This document shows, piece by piece, positions 1 to 13,379 of a stretch of 64,000 bases of DNA. The position numbers and the translations under genes are program-made. Origin of the DNA: Camelus ferus (taxonomy: Eukaryota); NCBI RefSeq assembly GCF_009834535.1, contig NC_045696.1:34350001-34414000 (forward strand). The letters run 5' to 3'. The first letter of the stretch is position 1; the number at the start of each line of letters is the position of its first letter. The notes beneath the pieces are model-generated. The model did not search any database. It saw only the letters and a program-made list of their open reading frames with translations, and had not been told where the DNA came from.

Positions 1-399
1 CAGATAAATGACCTCCAGTTTCAATCGACAGGTTCGTAATTAAATTCATCTTCTTTCTCCACTAAATGTTTAAGCCTATTATATTCCATATCCCATTAGA
101 GTAACTTCCAGGTTTTTTTTTTTTTTTAAATTTTTTTCTTTACCCAGCCAAATTTAGTCAATGCAATGGGTCTCTTGAATCTACCTTCCTGATCATCCAT
201 CTACTTACTATAACTCAATATGCGTGACCTGGGCTCTTAAAAAACCTTTAGCCTCATCTCCCTGGATCTAGCCCTGCCCCCATAAATCATTTGCACTCCC
301 CTCACCCGTCTCACCTAATTAATTTTATAGATTTCTATCCCATATTTTGGTGGCTCCCCGGTTCCTTCTGGGAACAAGCCAAGCCATGTAACTCAGTCT

Positions 400-820
400 C
401 CCAGCCTCCTGTTTCTGAATTTCTGTTCCTATTTACTTCCTGCCACTTCACCTTGCCCACCTGCAGCTATGCTTTAGCAACAGGGAACGACTCACACTTA
501 CCTGACAGGGCAGTTTTCTTCTGTTCTTCACTTAGCTCTGAATAGCCTTTCTTCCATCTGGCAAATTCTTAGTCAGTTGCCAAAATGCATATTTATTTGT
601 TTTCCTTTCCAGACCCCTTTCTTAGCCAACAAATAACCCCCTAACGTCCATTAGTTACGGACCTTTTGCAAGCTTCCATGCTACACTTACCATGCTGTAT
701 TATATTTTAGTTATTTACATTTTTCTTCTCTCCATTAGACCAATGAGTCCTTGGAAGCAAGAGTTGAGTCTTTTTAATCTATTTCTCGAGACTGAAGGAA
801 CCATAGTGCTTGGTACAAAG
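400..820 (+). mobile_element. Degraded LINE-2 (L2) 3' fragment
   Basis: 728-817 'ctccattagaccaatgagtccttggaagcaagag...catagtgcttggtaca' resembles the L2 3' terminus; pyrimidine-rich L2-like sequence upstream. Confidence 0.6.
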
Positions 821-2889
821 GGCATCAAAGGGCATCTCAGACTCTTGTGTTGCCTGGGGTAAGAGCTCCTATAAACAAGCTGTGACACCAAACTCTTCAC
901 AGATACCCTTGGGTAGAAGTGATTTTCTAAAAATCACCTCAAAAACTTCTGTTTCTCTATTCAGTGGTGGCTCTATGGCATTTCACTCTTTCAAACCATC
1001 TCATAAAATTAAAAGGCAAAATAACTCAGAGAAGCTTCTTAATAATCCTCTGTACCCACAATCTCCAAGACAGATGGCTATTTTTCTTATATAATAAAAC
1101 CTCAAGGTAAGAAAATTATATAACCTCACTCAGTAACCCGATTAAGTGCTCAGCTATCTTAATTTTTTATGCAGTGTGTATTGACATTGCTGTAAGTCAT
1201 TTCTATTTTTTTAAATGGACAATGTGTGGTTACATTTTCCTTGTATCAGTCTTTTCATCTATTTCAAAACAATGTCAACTAATATTGAACAGAATTATCT
1301 CAATTAAATCAAGAGTTATTGATACTCATTCACCTTTTGCAAATGCTTAACTTTCAACTTTATCCAAGATATGGAAGTCTTTGGGTCCAGTTCAACATAA
1401 ACATTTTCTATTTTTGTGTTATTTCTCCATCTTATAAATATATATATTTATATATATTATAACACTGATATATATATCAGTGTTATTAACATACTCATAA
1501 TGGGAATTTATGGAATAAAATCTTTTTTGAGATAGATGTTTTATTTAAGTAGAAACTGTATATACATTCAATCAGTCGTGGTTATGTACAAACCCCTAGC
1601 CATCAAAAGCCCTAACTTTATAATTATGTGTTTGCCTTATACTATTTTGCTTTTTTGAGGCATTTGTGATATTTTGAAAAGTACATATGATTTTGTTTTC
1701 TAATTACCATAGCATGCAAGATTCCTGACTACTTCATTAATAGCTAAGATCATTTCAGGAAAAGATTAATTTGTCTCATCTTACAAGCAAGGATGACTTA
1801 ATTTTGTGGTACAAGTAACAATGAATAGGTTAGTTGCATATTTTCATAGCTTCTTATTAAATAATGTTTGAAATAATGAGTTCCAGATTTGGAAAGTGGT
1901 CATTTCAACATTCTGTCTACAGATTACCTAGTGCAGCCACTGCAACACAGGACTAATAATTCAAGGCATCTTTTAGCTGTTCTTTAGGATCTTGGCAGTT
2001 GTGCTTGACAAGGCAAAGACCCTTCAATCTTTATATTTCTAGTTAAAATAAAAGCACTGGAGCTCTCTATTCTTACCTTTCATAACTAAAGTCTAGAGAC
2101 TGTATCATCTGGGACGTTCTGTTTTGAAAAAAGGAATCTGGATTTCAAATGCTCAAATAACCATTTTCTGTCAAATTCTTCTGTGGATCTTTTCCCCTCT
2201 TACCTGATTAGGTTCAACCAGCCGTCATCAACCCTATAAGAGATCAGAAGAGAGAAACTAATATTCTTCCCTTCATAGTCATAATCCTGGAAAGGGCTTT
2301 CAAATGAATGGTTAAAATCCTGACAAACTTCATTTTTGTCCTAAAGAAGTTTACCAAGAGTTAGTTCAAATCTATGCAAGTTTTCTTTCTGTCTATACCC
2401 GCCCAGATCTACCCTTTCACTGAGAGTATCTACAGTCTTCTGTTGAACATCATTGCTACTTCAGGACCTAAGTGCAGAGAAGCTGTACAGAGTGCTGCAC
2501 TTTTTTTAAAGCATGTAAATGCACCACACCATTGTAAAATTGTAGATAGGCAATAATTCTGCACTGGCTAAAGGAGGTTACCTTAGAAACAGTGTCACAC
2601 GTTGGAACAGTCGTTCAGAAAAACATCTAATTTGATGTAAGATGCCGATATGTAGGATTCATAGTGAAACAGTACAGAAGTAGGAGCTTTCTGAGTAAAT
2701 AAATTTATGATTATCTGTAGCATACAAGAGTGATATTGGACCTCACTAAATGAGAGAAGAAATACTCTTTCCTAGATACAAACTAATTGAGTAAATAAGT
2801 AGAAGAATAATTAACAAAATTAAACTTTACCTAATTTCGTGGGTATACTCATAATGGCATGAGAACGAACTGTTTGATAGTTTTTACCA

Positions 2890-3050
2890 CTGCATTCCAA
2901 TGTATTATTACATTTCATCTTCACACTTGGACCGGAATGATTATCCTCATTTCATGGAACAGGAAATTGATTCTAAGTGGTTTGTCCTATAGCTGGGGGC
3001 TCATAAATAGTGGAAGTAGGGGGCACAGATCCACATTTCAGTTCAGTCCA
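2890..3050 (-). mobile_element. MIR SINE fragment
   Basis: 'attatcctcatttcatggaacaggaaattga' resembles the antisense MIR core. Confidence 0.55.
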
Positions 3051-3399
3051 GTCATCTTCTAACTACGTATGTTGCCCTTTAATCCTAAAATATTTAAGAA
3101 GAAACTACATCCTCCTTTGGGTTCGTTTTTTAAGATGAATTTTACCATTTTCATTGTTAATTTTAAAACAAAAATGAATTGCAAAATTTACACTTAAAAC
3201 TAAAAAGTGTTTTCTTTCATATTACTCATTTTATAGATGTTTCTAATATACAAAAATGTGATTTTATTCTAATAATATTTTCCTCATTGTTGAAAACATT
3301 AATATATAAAAATATTTAAAGAACAAAAATATCCATAATTCTATCACAACATTCTCACAAGAATTGAATATTATATCAAATTTTTAAAATTTTGTGGAA

Positions 3400-5100
3400 T
3401 TGTTAGCCAAAATTATGTATCTCAATTCTTGTTGATATTGATATATTTTTAGATTACCTATAAGGTTGAGTATAATTTTTAAAATTTTACGATTATTTGA
3501 ATTTCTCATTTTTGAATTATCTGTCAGTGCTCTTTGCTCATATTACCGTAGACATGTTTATGTTTTCCAAAGCTTTGTCTGTCATATGTTGCAAATTTTC
3601 CACTTTGTTGATACTTGTTCCATGGTAATTATTGATGTCACATAAGTTTAAATTTTATGTGATTCAACAGTTCAGTTTGTTTTTTTTTTAACTTTGGTTT
3701 AGTTTGGGTTTCATGCAACCAGAAGTAAACTTCAACTTTCCATTCCAGGATCTGTTGGTTATTTGTTCATATATTCCAATTTTAATGGTCTTATTTATTT
3801 TATATGTAGCTTTTTGATCAAGCTATAATTCACTTTTATATGTCCTGTGTGATGAGTTGCTATCTTGATTTTTTTTCTGAAGAGTTAGCCTGTTGTCCTA
3901 ACAGCATGTGTTGGCGAGAGGGTACAGCTCAGTGGTAGAATGCTTTCTTAGCATGCACAGGGTTCTCGGTTCAACCCCCAGTACATCCATTAAAAAATAA
4001 ATAAATAAATTATATTTGAATATCTAATAGTATATGTGGAAAAGTCATTCCACCCTCACTAGTATGAAATATTAAATTTATTTCTACTTCTGTGGTTATG
4101 GCTAGCTCACAGTCAGTCACCTAACTTTAATCTACCTAGTTTGCTCAATTCTTGTTAATATGAATAAATTTTTAGTTTATTCTGTTGCCTATTTTAAATA
4201 GACAATAAAATATTCTGAATCTAAAATTTTGTCTATTTCATACTTTAAGCAAAATAAAAGTATATAATTATATTTATAAAGCTATTCTATCAGAATTACT
4301 ATAGATCATTCTCAGTAGTACAAACCAAATAGTGTACCACTGAAGTCTAATGTTCTTCTTTGATTTAAAAGTTATTTTGAAGAAGCTGTTATAAATGACA
4401 AGGTTTCTGGTGTTTGTATTTAAATATTTTCAGCTGTTGCTTATTTTTATTATTATATATTGTGGTCAGAAAATGTGGCCAGCATGATTTTTATTTGAGA
4501 TGGCCTAGTAAAGTTTTCTTTTTGATTTACATTTGTTTAACTTGTGTAAAACACCACTGTACAGTTGAAAAACAGTGAATTGCGTGCTGTGTACAACACT
4601 GAAATTCACTATTATGTTTATCACATCTATATTCATATGTCATTTTACATGATTTATCTATTACTGATTTAGAGATCCATTAAGGTGTCATCTATAATCA
4701 TATTTGACTGTTTCCCATTGAATACCCAATTTATGGTTATTTGTATACTGTTGTGTGTAATTATTGGTCACTTAAAGATATATGATTATCTAGTTTTCCT
4801 GTGTGAAATTTATTTTATCTTTTTTTAATGGAATTCATCTTGTCTAATACATTTTTATACTTCCTTTCTTTAGATTTGCCTAATGTTTGTTGGCTTGAGA
4901 CATTTTATATTTGGATTTTTCTTATAAGCAAAATATTATTAACTTACATTTTTACCTAATGTGAATACTCAATCTGGATATTTTTTCTCTTGATAGGTGA
5001 GTTTATCCTATTTTTCAAATATCTGCTATAAGTACCAGGTTTCATTTTACCTGAACTAAACAATTTTCAGTGTTTACTTGTTTTTTCTTTCTATTTTGTC
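3400..5100 (-). mobile_element. Highly degraded old L1 (L1M/L1ME-like) ORF2 fragments, interrupted by a SINE
   Basis: T-rich antisense L1 motifs such as 'tgttgtcctaacagcat' and 'ttgtggtcagaaaatgtggcc'. Confidence 0.5.
3913..4009 (+). mobile_element. tRNA-Ala(AGC)-derived SINE (camelid vic-1-like), not a functional tRNA
   Basis: gggtacagctcagtggtagaatgctttcttagcatgcacagggttctcggttcaacccccagtacatcca follows mammalian tRNA-Ala-AGC (A and B boxes) with several substitutions, then an A-rich (AAAT)n tail. Confidence 0.85.
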
Positions 5101-6562
5101 ACTTTCTTTCTATTTTTGTATTTTGTCATTGTCTTTTGACACTGGTCATTTCTTGATTTGTTTATTCTTTTTGGAATTATAGCCAAAGAAAGTTGATATA
5201 TATTCTGTTAGAAATTGGTATTGGTTATTGTTTAAATTCTTCTCATTTCTAGGATTGTGTTTCCTGATAGGAAGTAGGGGGAACAAGTAGTCCCCAAAGA
5301 AACTTCTTTCATCAGTATGTCGTCTTTCATTCTGTTTGATGTTACCGCCCTTGCCACAGTAACACTTCAGCAGTGCCCAGTTCCATGCTTGCCAGATCAC
5401 ACATTTCAGGGCTCCAAGCAGACAGCGAGCATAGGAATAATATCTTCCATTCCCATCCAAACTTTCTTTTGCTGCTATTCCTTGACCCACATTTGTGGCG
5501 TGGCGTGTCGAGTCCGGCAACATTATCTTTACTTACTCCCAGAGAAGCAGCTTTTTTGAATAAGGCAAAATTTAAATTGTTGTATTTCCATACTCCATGA
5601 TTTCAAGTCAGATTGAGTCACACTACCTCAAACAGAAATTCCTTAAATTTTGGCCAGGAATATGTCAGGTATATTTGTTTCTAACAATAGCTCAGACATA
5701 TCCATCTTTACTAGTTTATGAGTTATTTCAGTATGAACCCAAATGAGTGAAGAACAGTATGCAATCTTGTAAAGATATCTCTTGAGTTGTGACTTCTGAC
5801 CCAGTTTATATATCACATGAGGAAGGATAAATGGTAACTTTGTCCAGGAGTTATTAAATTTAAGAAGCACCTGACGAGACATGTATACACTTAATTCTTT
5901 ATTTGTCTGAGATAGTCCTTCCATCAGCTCTTATATGCTTAAAATATTAAACTTTTCTCTTGTTTCCTCCAAATAATATAACTCTCTTTTTATGTACTAG
6001 TTGACCATAGACTAAGTAGTAGTATATAATCCTGATTTCAGGTAATTCATTAATGTATTTTTTCTCATAGTTCAGAAGGACTACCCACATCATACTTCTT
6101 CGATTCTCACTTAAGGAAATATTTAAAATTATATATGAACCATGGTCATAAAATTAAGAATTATCTAACACTGTGGCTCATTGTCTTCTCTAAATGATTA
6201 CCCATATATCTTCCCTTGCAGTTGAGTTATTTTCAGGACAGTCAGTTAAAGTTCTATTGTGTAAGGAAGTATTTCTACAGCAGGTGTTCAGACTACTTGA
6301 ATGCAGTAGTTGTTGGCACAACTACACATTGAAATTGCAGTTCTCGAAAGGGGCGTGGAAGGGCTATGAATAAATATGGGGGAAAGGAATTTGGTAAGTT
6401 TTATATTGTAACAGTGGGAAGTCTTTGAAGTATAAAAGACACGACAATGATATTTCACACATCAACAGATGAAACTCAGCTCTGAAAGATATATAATAGC
6501 AAAGGGAAAAGATTAATATTATAAAAAGGTGCTTTTGAAGATTTGGATGAAAATGTTTCGAC

Positions 6563-6770
6563 TAGTGGTGTTCTGGTAAATGTTTAACAGCCAGCTGCAG
6601 GAGGGAGAGCAAGAGCCTAGATTTGTAGAGTTTGCCAATTTTCATAGTGTAAATACTCCTGGCATGATCAGTTTCAAACTACTGACATGAAGTCACTGAA
6701 CACAGAATTGGGAAGAAGTGTGCCCAAGGGCTCTCATGGACCAGTGGGAGCAACCTCCAGCATAGCACTG
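6563..6770 (-). mobile_element. MER63A-like hAT (Blackjack) MITE
   Basis: Imperfect terminal inverted repeats tagtggtgttctgg ... ccagcatagcactg; internal 'gtttgccaattttcatagtgtaaatactcc' matches recalled MER63 consensus. Confidence 0.75.
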
Positions 6771-6881
6771 GTATAACTTTTGTAACATTTAAAAAATGGT
6801 TACCAGGCTATATAAGATCTAATTGGTAACAATAATGTCTTGTGCCTGGTGGTATTTACATTTATACTTAAAGTGATGAAT

Positions 6882-7127
6882 GAGGCAGTGTGTTACAATT
6901 CAAAGTGACTGAAACCATAGGATTATGAACTCAGATTCACAGGTTTGAATCCTAGCACCATCACTTGTGTGATTTTAGCATAATTGCCTGATTTGTATAA
7001 GCCTCAATATAATCATCTGTAAATTTCCAAAAAATGAAAGCTATTTCACAGACATCTTGTGATGATTAAAAGACAAGATAAGTGAGAATGTAGTTGGTAT
7101 ATAAATGGATAATAAATAATGATTATT
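6882..7127 (+). mobile_element. MIR SINE, near full length
   Basis: B-box 'ggtttgaatcctagc', core 'gcctcaatataatcatctgtaaa', 3' 'gtgatgattaaa...aataaataatgattatt'. Confidence 0.75.
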
Positions 7128-7854
7128 TCGCTTCGTCTTCTGTACTACTTAATTTCCTTCTTTCTGTCCTTATTCATTGGAAATTAGTAAAATGAGGTCA
7201 GAATTGATGTCATGTAATTAGTAAGGACATGACTGTGCCTCTAGTGCTGACATACCTCTATCTACCTGAAAATTGCTCTTGATAGGTGGGTGGGTTGTTG
7301 AGAAATGTAGATTCCACAGGCAGAATTTGGGAAGAATTACCTACATTTGTTTTCCTTTCCATCTTTGAAGTGTCAAAATAAAATGAGCACGGAACTTTGA
7401 AGAAGCTGTGGGGCAGTGGCACACAGATAATCTTCATGACTCCATGTTGTGGGTTATCATTTTGCAGCCTCCCCCTGTGATGAAAGAAGGAAGACAAGGA
7501 ATGGGGAAGGGTCACTGAGTGGGCCAGCTCAGGTACTTACCACAAAAAAATGCAATTCTGCAAAAAGTAGAAATGAGATGTCATGGGAATTCATGGGAAA
7601 AAATAACTCTGGGTGTAATAAATAGAGAAGACTCAAAAGCCTGACACTTAAAATGGTAATCAGATTTAAGACATTTTGGATGAATCTGAAAAAAATAAGC
7701 TGACCCAGAAATTTAAGAAATTAATTTTTAAATTAAAAATAAGTACCTTAATGTATTCCAAAAATAAATACAGGGAGGATCAGGAGATACATTACAAAAG
7801 TATCTTGGTACCAAATTAAAAGGCACTATGAGTTTGCTTTTTATTTCCTATTTA

Positions 7855-8010
7855 ATTAACATATTTGAAGATGCATACGCTGTATTAGCTACTTTATATG
7901 TTTCTATTTAATTCTCAGATCAATTCTAAAAAGAAAGCATCATCTCATGTTGTAGAGAGGAAACTACTGCCCAGTAATACATAGGTGAACTGAGGTTGTA
8001 CAGCTTATCA
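7855..8010 (-). mobile_element. MIR fragment
   Basis: 'catctcatgttgtagagaggaaact' antisense MIR core. Confidence 0.55.
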
Positions 8011-8671
8011 CCAGAAAGACATTGAAAGTTTTTGTCCAGGGAGGTAACATGGTAGAAAGTGTAAATTCCTACAGTTCTTTAATACTTGCTAATTAAAATC
8101 CATAACTTACTGTACACTCAAAGTATAATTAGAAACTATTGATTACTATAGACGCAGAAATGTCATTCTTCATATAGGTGATACTGTCTTAGTAGCTTTT
8201 CTTTATGAAAGCAAGTATGGCCTCCTAGCATTTCACTTACCTCTCTCTGTCTTTGTAACATATCATTGGAGGTGCTTTTGCCCTTTCTGGTATGAAAACC
8301 AAAAGTTATCTAGGTAATTATTTTAGGCTTTTTATCCAAGTTTTCACTGAGGAATAAGTTAACCCATCTACTCTCATTCAGTGCATTAGTTTGAATTCAT
8401 TTTTCAGTTTCATTTGCAGAGAACTGAGCCTTGAGGAAATTTGAAATGCAACAAGAAAATGTGATTAAGGAAAGAACAACATGTACAAACCTATGACTGC
8501 AGTTGAGAGAAAGGACTTAGATGAGAGACTAGGGAGATACTATTCTCCTGTAATTGTTCATACTGATCACCAGTGACATCCAAATTGATAAATCCAAACA
8601 AACAATCTTCAGCCCTCATCCTGTCTTATCACTTGCCAGCATTTGCTTCAGTTTACAGGAACTTCTTCTCA

Positions 8672-9206
8672 TTTTTAAAAACGACTTTACTGAGGTAAGA
8701 TTGACATACAAAAACTGTGCATATTTAAAATATACAATTTGGTAAGTTTGACAATAATGTGTTATGTCTGTGAAACCATGAATCTGTGCCATAAACATAT
8801 CATCACTTCCAGAAGTTTTCTCTTGTCCTCTTTATTTATTATTTTTTGTAATAAGAATCCTGAACATAAGATCTACCCTCTTAGCAAAATATAAAGTATA
8901 TAATGCAGTGTTATTAAATATAGGCACTATTCTATACAATAGATCTCTAGGATGTATTCATCTCACACAACTGAAACTTTGTACCCTTTGACTATACCCC
9001 CCATTCACTTCGACTACTCTAGCACTCACCACTCTCCTCACTGCTTCTATGGCTTTGACTATTTTAGATCCTTCATGTAAAAGGGATCACGTATTATTTG
9101 TCTTTTTGTGACTGGCTTTTTTCACTTAAGATAATGGCCTTCAAGTTCATCCACGTTTTTGCAGATAGTAGGATTTCCTTCTTTTTAAACCTGAATAATA
9201 GTATTC

Positions 9207-9254
<48 letters not shown>

Positions 9255-12072
9255 CATGTTCTTTATCCATTCATCTGTTGATTGATAAGACATTTGGGTT
9301 GTTTCTTTATCTTGCTTATTATGAATAATACTGCAGTGAACATGAGCGTGCAGATATCTTTTTAAGATCATGTTTCTAATTCTCTTGGATTAAAGAATGC
9401 AACTGCAGGATTATATGGTAGTTCTGTTTTTAATATTTTGAGGAATCTTTATATTGTTTTTCGTAGTGGCTGCAACAATTTATATTCCTACCCAAAGTGG
9501 ACAAAGATTTTGTTTTCTCCATATCCTCGAAAATTGATTGATTTCCTTTCTGTATAGAACATTGTGTGTATAGAAACATATGTGTTTTCTGTGTGTTAAT
9601 TTTGTATCCTGCAAGTTGGTGGAATTAATTTTTTAGTTCTAACCAGGTTTTTTTGGTGGAGCCTTTAAGGATTTTTACGTATCCAGATTATGTCATCTGG
9701 AAACAGATAATTTTACTTCTTCCTTTCTGATTGGATGCCTTTTCTTTGTTTTTCTTGCCTGGTTGCCCTGGCTAGGACTTCAGATCTATTTTGGATTGAA
9801 GTGGTGAGAGTGAGTATCCTTGTTTTGTTTCATATCATGGAGGAGAAGCCTTCCGTTTTTCACCATTGAGTATGTTTTTAATTGTGGGTTTTTCATGTAT
9901 AGCCTTTATTGTATTAAGGTAAGTTCCTTCTATACTTAATTTGTTGAGAGTTTTTATCATGAAACATTGATTTTGTCACATGCTTTTTCTCCATCTGTTG
10001 AAATGGTTATGTGACTTTTTATCCTTCTTCCTGTTAATGTGATATATCACACTTATTGATTTTCATATGGTGAACCACCCTTGCATCCCAGGGATAAAAC
10101 TCCACTTTTCCTGGTGTGTTATCATTGTAATGTACTGTTGAATTCAGTTTGGTAATATTTTGTTGAAGAATTTTGCATTCATATTCATCAGAGACATTGA
10201 GCTGTTCTTTTCTTGTGTCTTTATCAGGCTTTGATATTAGGGAGATGCTGGCCTCATGAAACAAGTTTGGAAGTGTCCCCTTTTCTATTTTTGGAAGATT
10301 TTAAGAAAGATTGGTCTTAATTTTTTAAAAGTTTGATAGAATTCACCTGTGAGGGCATCTGGTCCTGGCATTTTTCTTTGATAGGAGATTTTTTGTTTCT
10401 GATTCAATATCCTTATTTGTTATTAATATATTCATGGTTTCTATTTCTTCCTGATGCAGTCTTAGTCAATTGTGTGTTTATAGAAATTTATCCATTTCTT
10501 CTACACCTTCAATTTGTTGGTATATAATTATTTATAATAGTCTCTTACGATTTTTAAAAGCTTCTGTGGCTTCATTGTAATGTCTCTTCTTTCATTCCTG
10601 ATTTTGTTTGAGTCTTCTTTCTTGGTTAGTCTAGCTAAGGGTTTGTCAATTTTACTGAGCTTTTCAAAAAACTAACTTTGAGTTTCATTGATTTTTTCCC
10701 CTCTTTTTTATTCTCTATTTAATTTATTTCTGTGATAATCTTTATTATTTCTTTCCTTCTGCTAATTTTTAGCCTAGTTTATTCTTTTTTAGTTTCTTGA
10801 AGTGTAAAGTTAGATTATTTATTTGAGATCTTTATTTTTTAATGTAGGCTTTTAACACTATAAAATTCCCTCTTTGTACTGCTTTGCTATTCCACAAGAT
10901 TTGGTATGTTGTGTTTTTGTTTTTGTTTGCTGCAAGATAGTTTCTAATTTATCTTTTGATTTATTCTTTGACCCAGTGGTTGTTCAAGAGTGTGTTGTTT
11001 AATTTCCATGTATTTGTGTGTTTTCTCATTTTCCTTTTGTTATTCTAATTTTTTTCTATTATGGTTGGAAAAGATAGTTGGAATGATTTCAGTCTTCTTA
11101 CATTTGTTTAATTTGTTTTGTGACCTGGTATGTGATCTGTCCTAGAGAGTGTTTTGTGTGCACTTGAGAAGAATGTGTATTTGCTGCTGTTGGGTGAAAC
11201 ATTCTGTATATGTCTGTTAGGCCCATTTATTCTATAGTGTTGTTCAAGTCTGCTATTTCCTGATTGATTTTCTGTCTAGATGATCTAACCTTTATTAATA
11301 GTAGGATATTGATGTCCCCTACTATACTGTATTGTTGCTTATTTCTCCCATCAGATCTGTCAGTTTATGTATTAGATGTTCAAGTATTGGATACATATAT
11401 ATTTGTAATCATTATATTTTCCTGGTGAATTGACCCTTTTATGACAATGTCTCTAGACATTTTGTCTCTAGACAGTTTTTGACTTAGAGTCTGTTTTATC
11501 TAATTTAAGTATAGCCACCTCTACTCTCTTTTGGTTACCATTTGAATGGATTATCTTTTTGTATCCTTTTACTTTTACCCTATGTGTATCTAAAATGAGT
11601 CTCTTATAGACAACAGATAGTTGGAAATTGTTTTTTAATCCATTCAACCATTATATTTTGTACTGGTGAGTTTAAGTGATTTACATTTAAATTAATTATT
11701 GATAGGGAAGGACTTACTATTGCCATTTAAATTTTTTTTCTATTTTTGTAATTCTTTTGTTCCTTTCTTGCTGTCTTCCTTTATGGTTTGATGGAGTTTT
11801 TCATAATAATGTACCTTGACTCTCTTCTCTTTATCATTTTTCTCTTTACTGAAGGTTTTTTCTTTATGGTTACCATGAGGCTTGCGCAAAACTTCTTACA
11901 GTTATAGCAGTCTGTTATAAGCTGATAACCTAACTTCAATCAGATACAAAAACTGTACATTTTCTTTCCAGGTTCCCACTTTCTGTTATTAATGTCAAAA
12001 TTTACTTCTTTTTATGTTTTTATCTATTTGCAAATTTTTGTGGTTCTAGTTATTCTTAACAGTTTTGTCTTC
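8672..12072 (-). mobile_element. L1 (L1MA-like): 3' UTR, decayed ORF2 (RT and EN) and inter-ORF region, with an internal deletion near 9530
   Basis: Antisense L1 3' UTR from 8672; RT active-site remnant LFPDDII (9686-9706, consensus LFADDMI); ORF 10034-10264 FHEASISLISKPDKD matches L1 ORF2; many stops and frameshifts. Confidence 0.95.
9210..9250. repeat. (TG)20 microsatellite inside the L1
   Basis: Directly visible. Confidence 0.98.
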
Positions 12073-12439
12073 AGAAACTACTTCTTAAAACTCTATCTTT
12101 AAGTAGTTTCTACAGCAACACTGTCCTGATTTTCCTGACTTTTTACTAGCCTTTCTATATTGTACATAATTTGTTAATCTGCTTGATTTTTTTGGTGGTA
12201 CTTGGGGGTTAATAGGATGTGGCAAAAGCAGTGGAGTAGAAGAGTGATAAAATCCAGTACCTTTAACCTGGTGTAAAAAATTCTTCAGAGTCTGACCTTT
12301 GTCTTCATTTTCAACTTTATCTGTAAACCAAGTTAACTCAACATTCTGAATTTCTCAGTGGAGAACCACTTAGTCACATTCTCAGCAATTCCTTGTAGAG
12401 TCTCTCTAGAAGTTATTATTCAATTTACTGGCCTCTCAT

Positions 12440-12622
12440 GACTCGTATTTGTATTTATAGTTGAGCTTGTTACATTTATGTGTAGTTTACATATAAAAAT
12501 ACCTCCCCTACCTTCACTATGCCATGAGCTTCTGAAGGGCAAGGAACATGTCTTTAATCATTGTGTACCCTAGTGACTAGTTGATTTAAAAAATCAACAA
12601 ATGTGTATTTGATGAGTGAAAG
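12440..12622 (+). mobile_element. L2 3' end
   Basis: 'catgagcttctgaagggcaaggaacatgtc...caacaaatgtgtatttgatgagtgaa'. Confidence 0.7.
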
Positions 12623-12659
12623 AAAGTTTAATGAACTAATAATTTCTGGGCTTCTTATT

Positions 12660-12790
12660 AATAGTATCTTGGTCAAGTCTCTAAACAATCTTTGTGTCTC
12701 TGTTTACTTGCAAAAAAGTTATAATAATTCTTGGCCTCCTTAAAATCTCACAATTGTTTGGTATCAAAAAAGAAAATTAATTACAGAAAT
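12660..12790 (+). mobile_element. MIR fragment
   Basis: 'tcttggtcaagtctctaaac...gtgtctctgtttac' MIR core-like. Confidence 0.45.
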
Positions 12791-13118
12791 ATTTTATAAA
12801 TATACAGTATTTTGTGCACAAATTAGATCAATTTGAATGTTATGATTCCACATAAACACATGCATGCAGGTGCACGCACACGCACACACACACACAAATG
12901 AAATTAAATGCTACCCAATTTCTTATCCGTACTATTACATTTCCCAATGTGTAGAAAAAGTATCAGCCTTGCTGATTTAGTAGCCCCACAATTGAATTCT
13001 GCAAGGGGGAGGTATTAACTTCATTTAACATAGCTTTTTGGAATGTCTTGGTCTTCTCTATTATTATTGTTCTCTTAGATTTTAAGATCCTGAAAGTTGA
13101 GAAGTGCATCTCTGTATA

Positions 13119-13379
13119 CCACTGACCCTTGAACAACATGGGGGTTAGTGGCATCAACCTTCTGCTCAGTGAGAAATCTATGTATAACTAATAGGCAGTC
13201 TTCCATATGCAAGGTTCTTCCATTTCCATGATTCCTTTGTATCCACAGTACTGTCTTTGTGGATTCAACAAACTGTGAATTTTGTGGAATTGTAATTCAA
13301 ATTCAATATTACTATTGAAAAAAATCCACATGTAATTGGACATGTGCAGTTTAAACCCATGTTGTTCAGGGGTCAACTA
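13119..13379. mobile_element. Tigger2-family (MER8/Tigger2a-like) TcMar MITE, complete
   Basis: About 24-bp TIRs ccactgacccttgaacaacatggg / cccatgttgttcaggggtcaacta flanked by TA at 13117-13118 and 13380-13381. Confidence 0.9.

Noticed and set aside
494..560. Consensus minus-strand splice donor CAG|gtaagt
   Set aside because: Inside an L2 remnant with a poor upstream acceptor
3919..3989. Functional tRNA-Ala gene (also about 27604-27674)
   Set aside because: Substitutions disrupt the stems, and an A-rich retroposon tail replaces a T-run terminator; these are SINE copies
5146..5924. Cluster of 75-125-aa ORFs
   Set aside because: No recognisable homology or coherent exon structure; expected by chance
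9551..9579. Apparent tgtatagaac duplication near the L1 deletion
   Set aside because: Explainable as divergence from the L1 consensus
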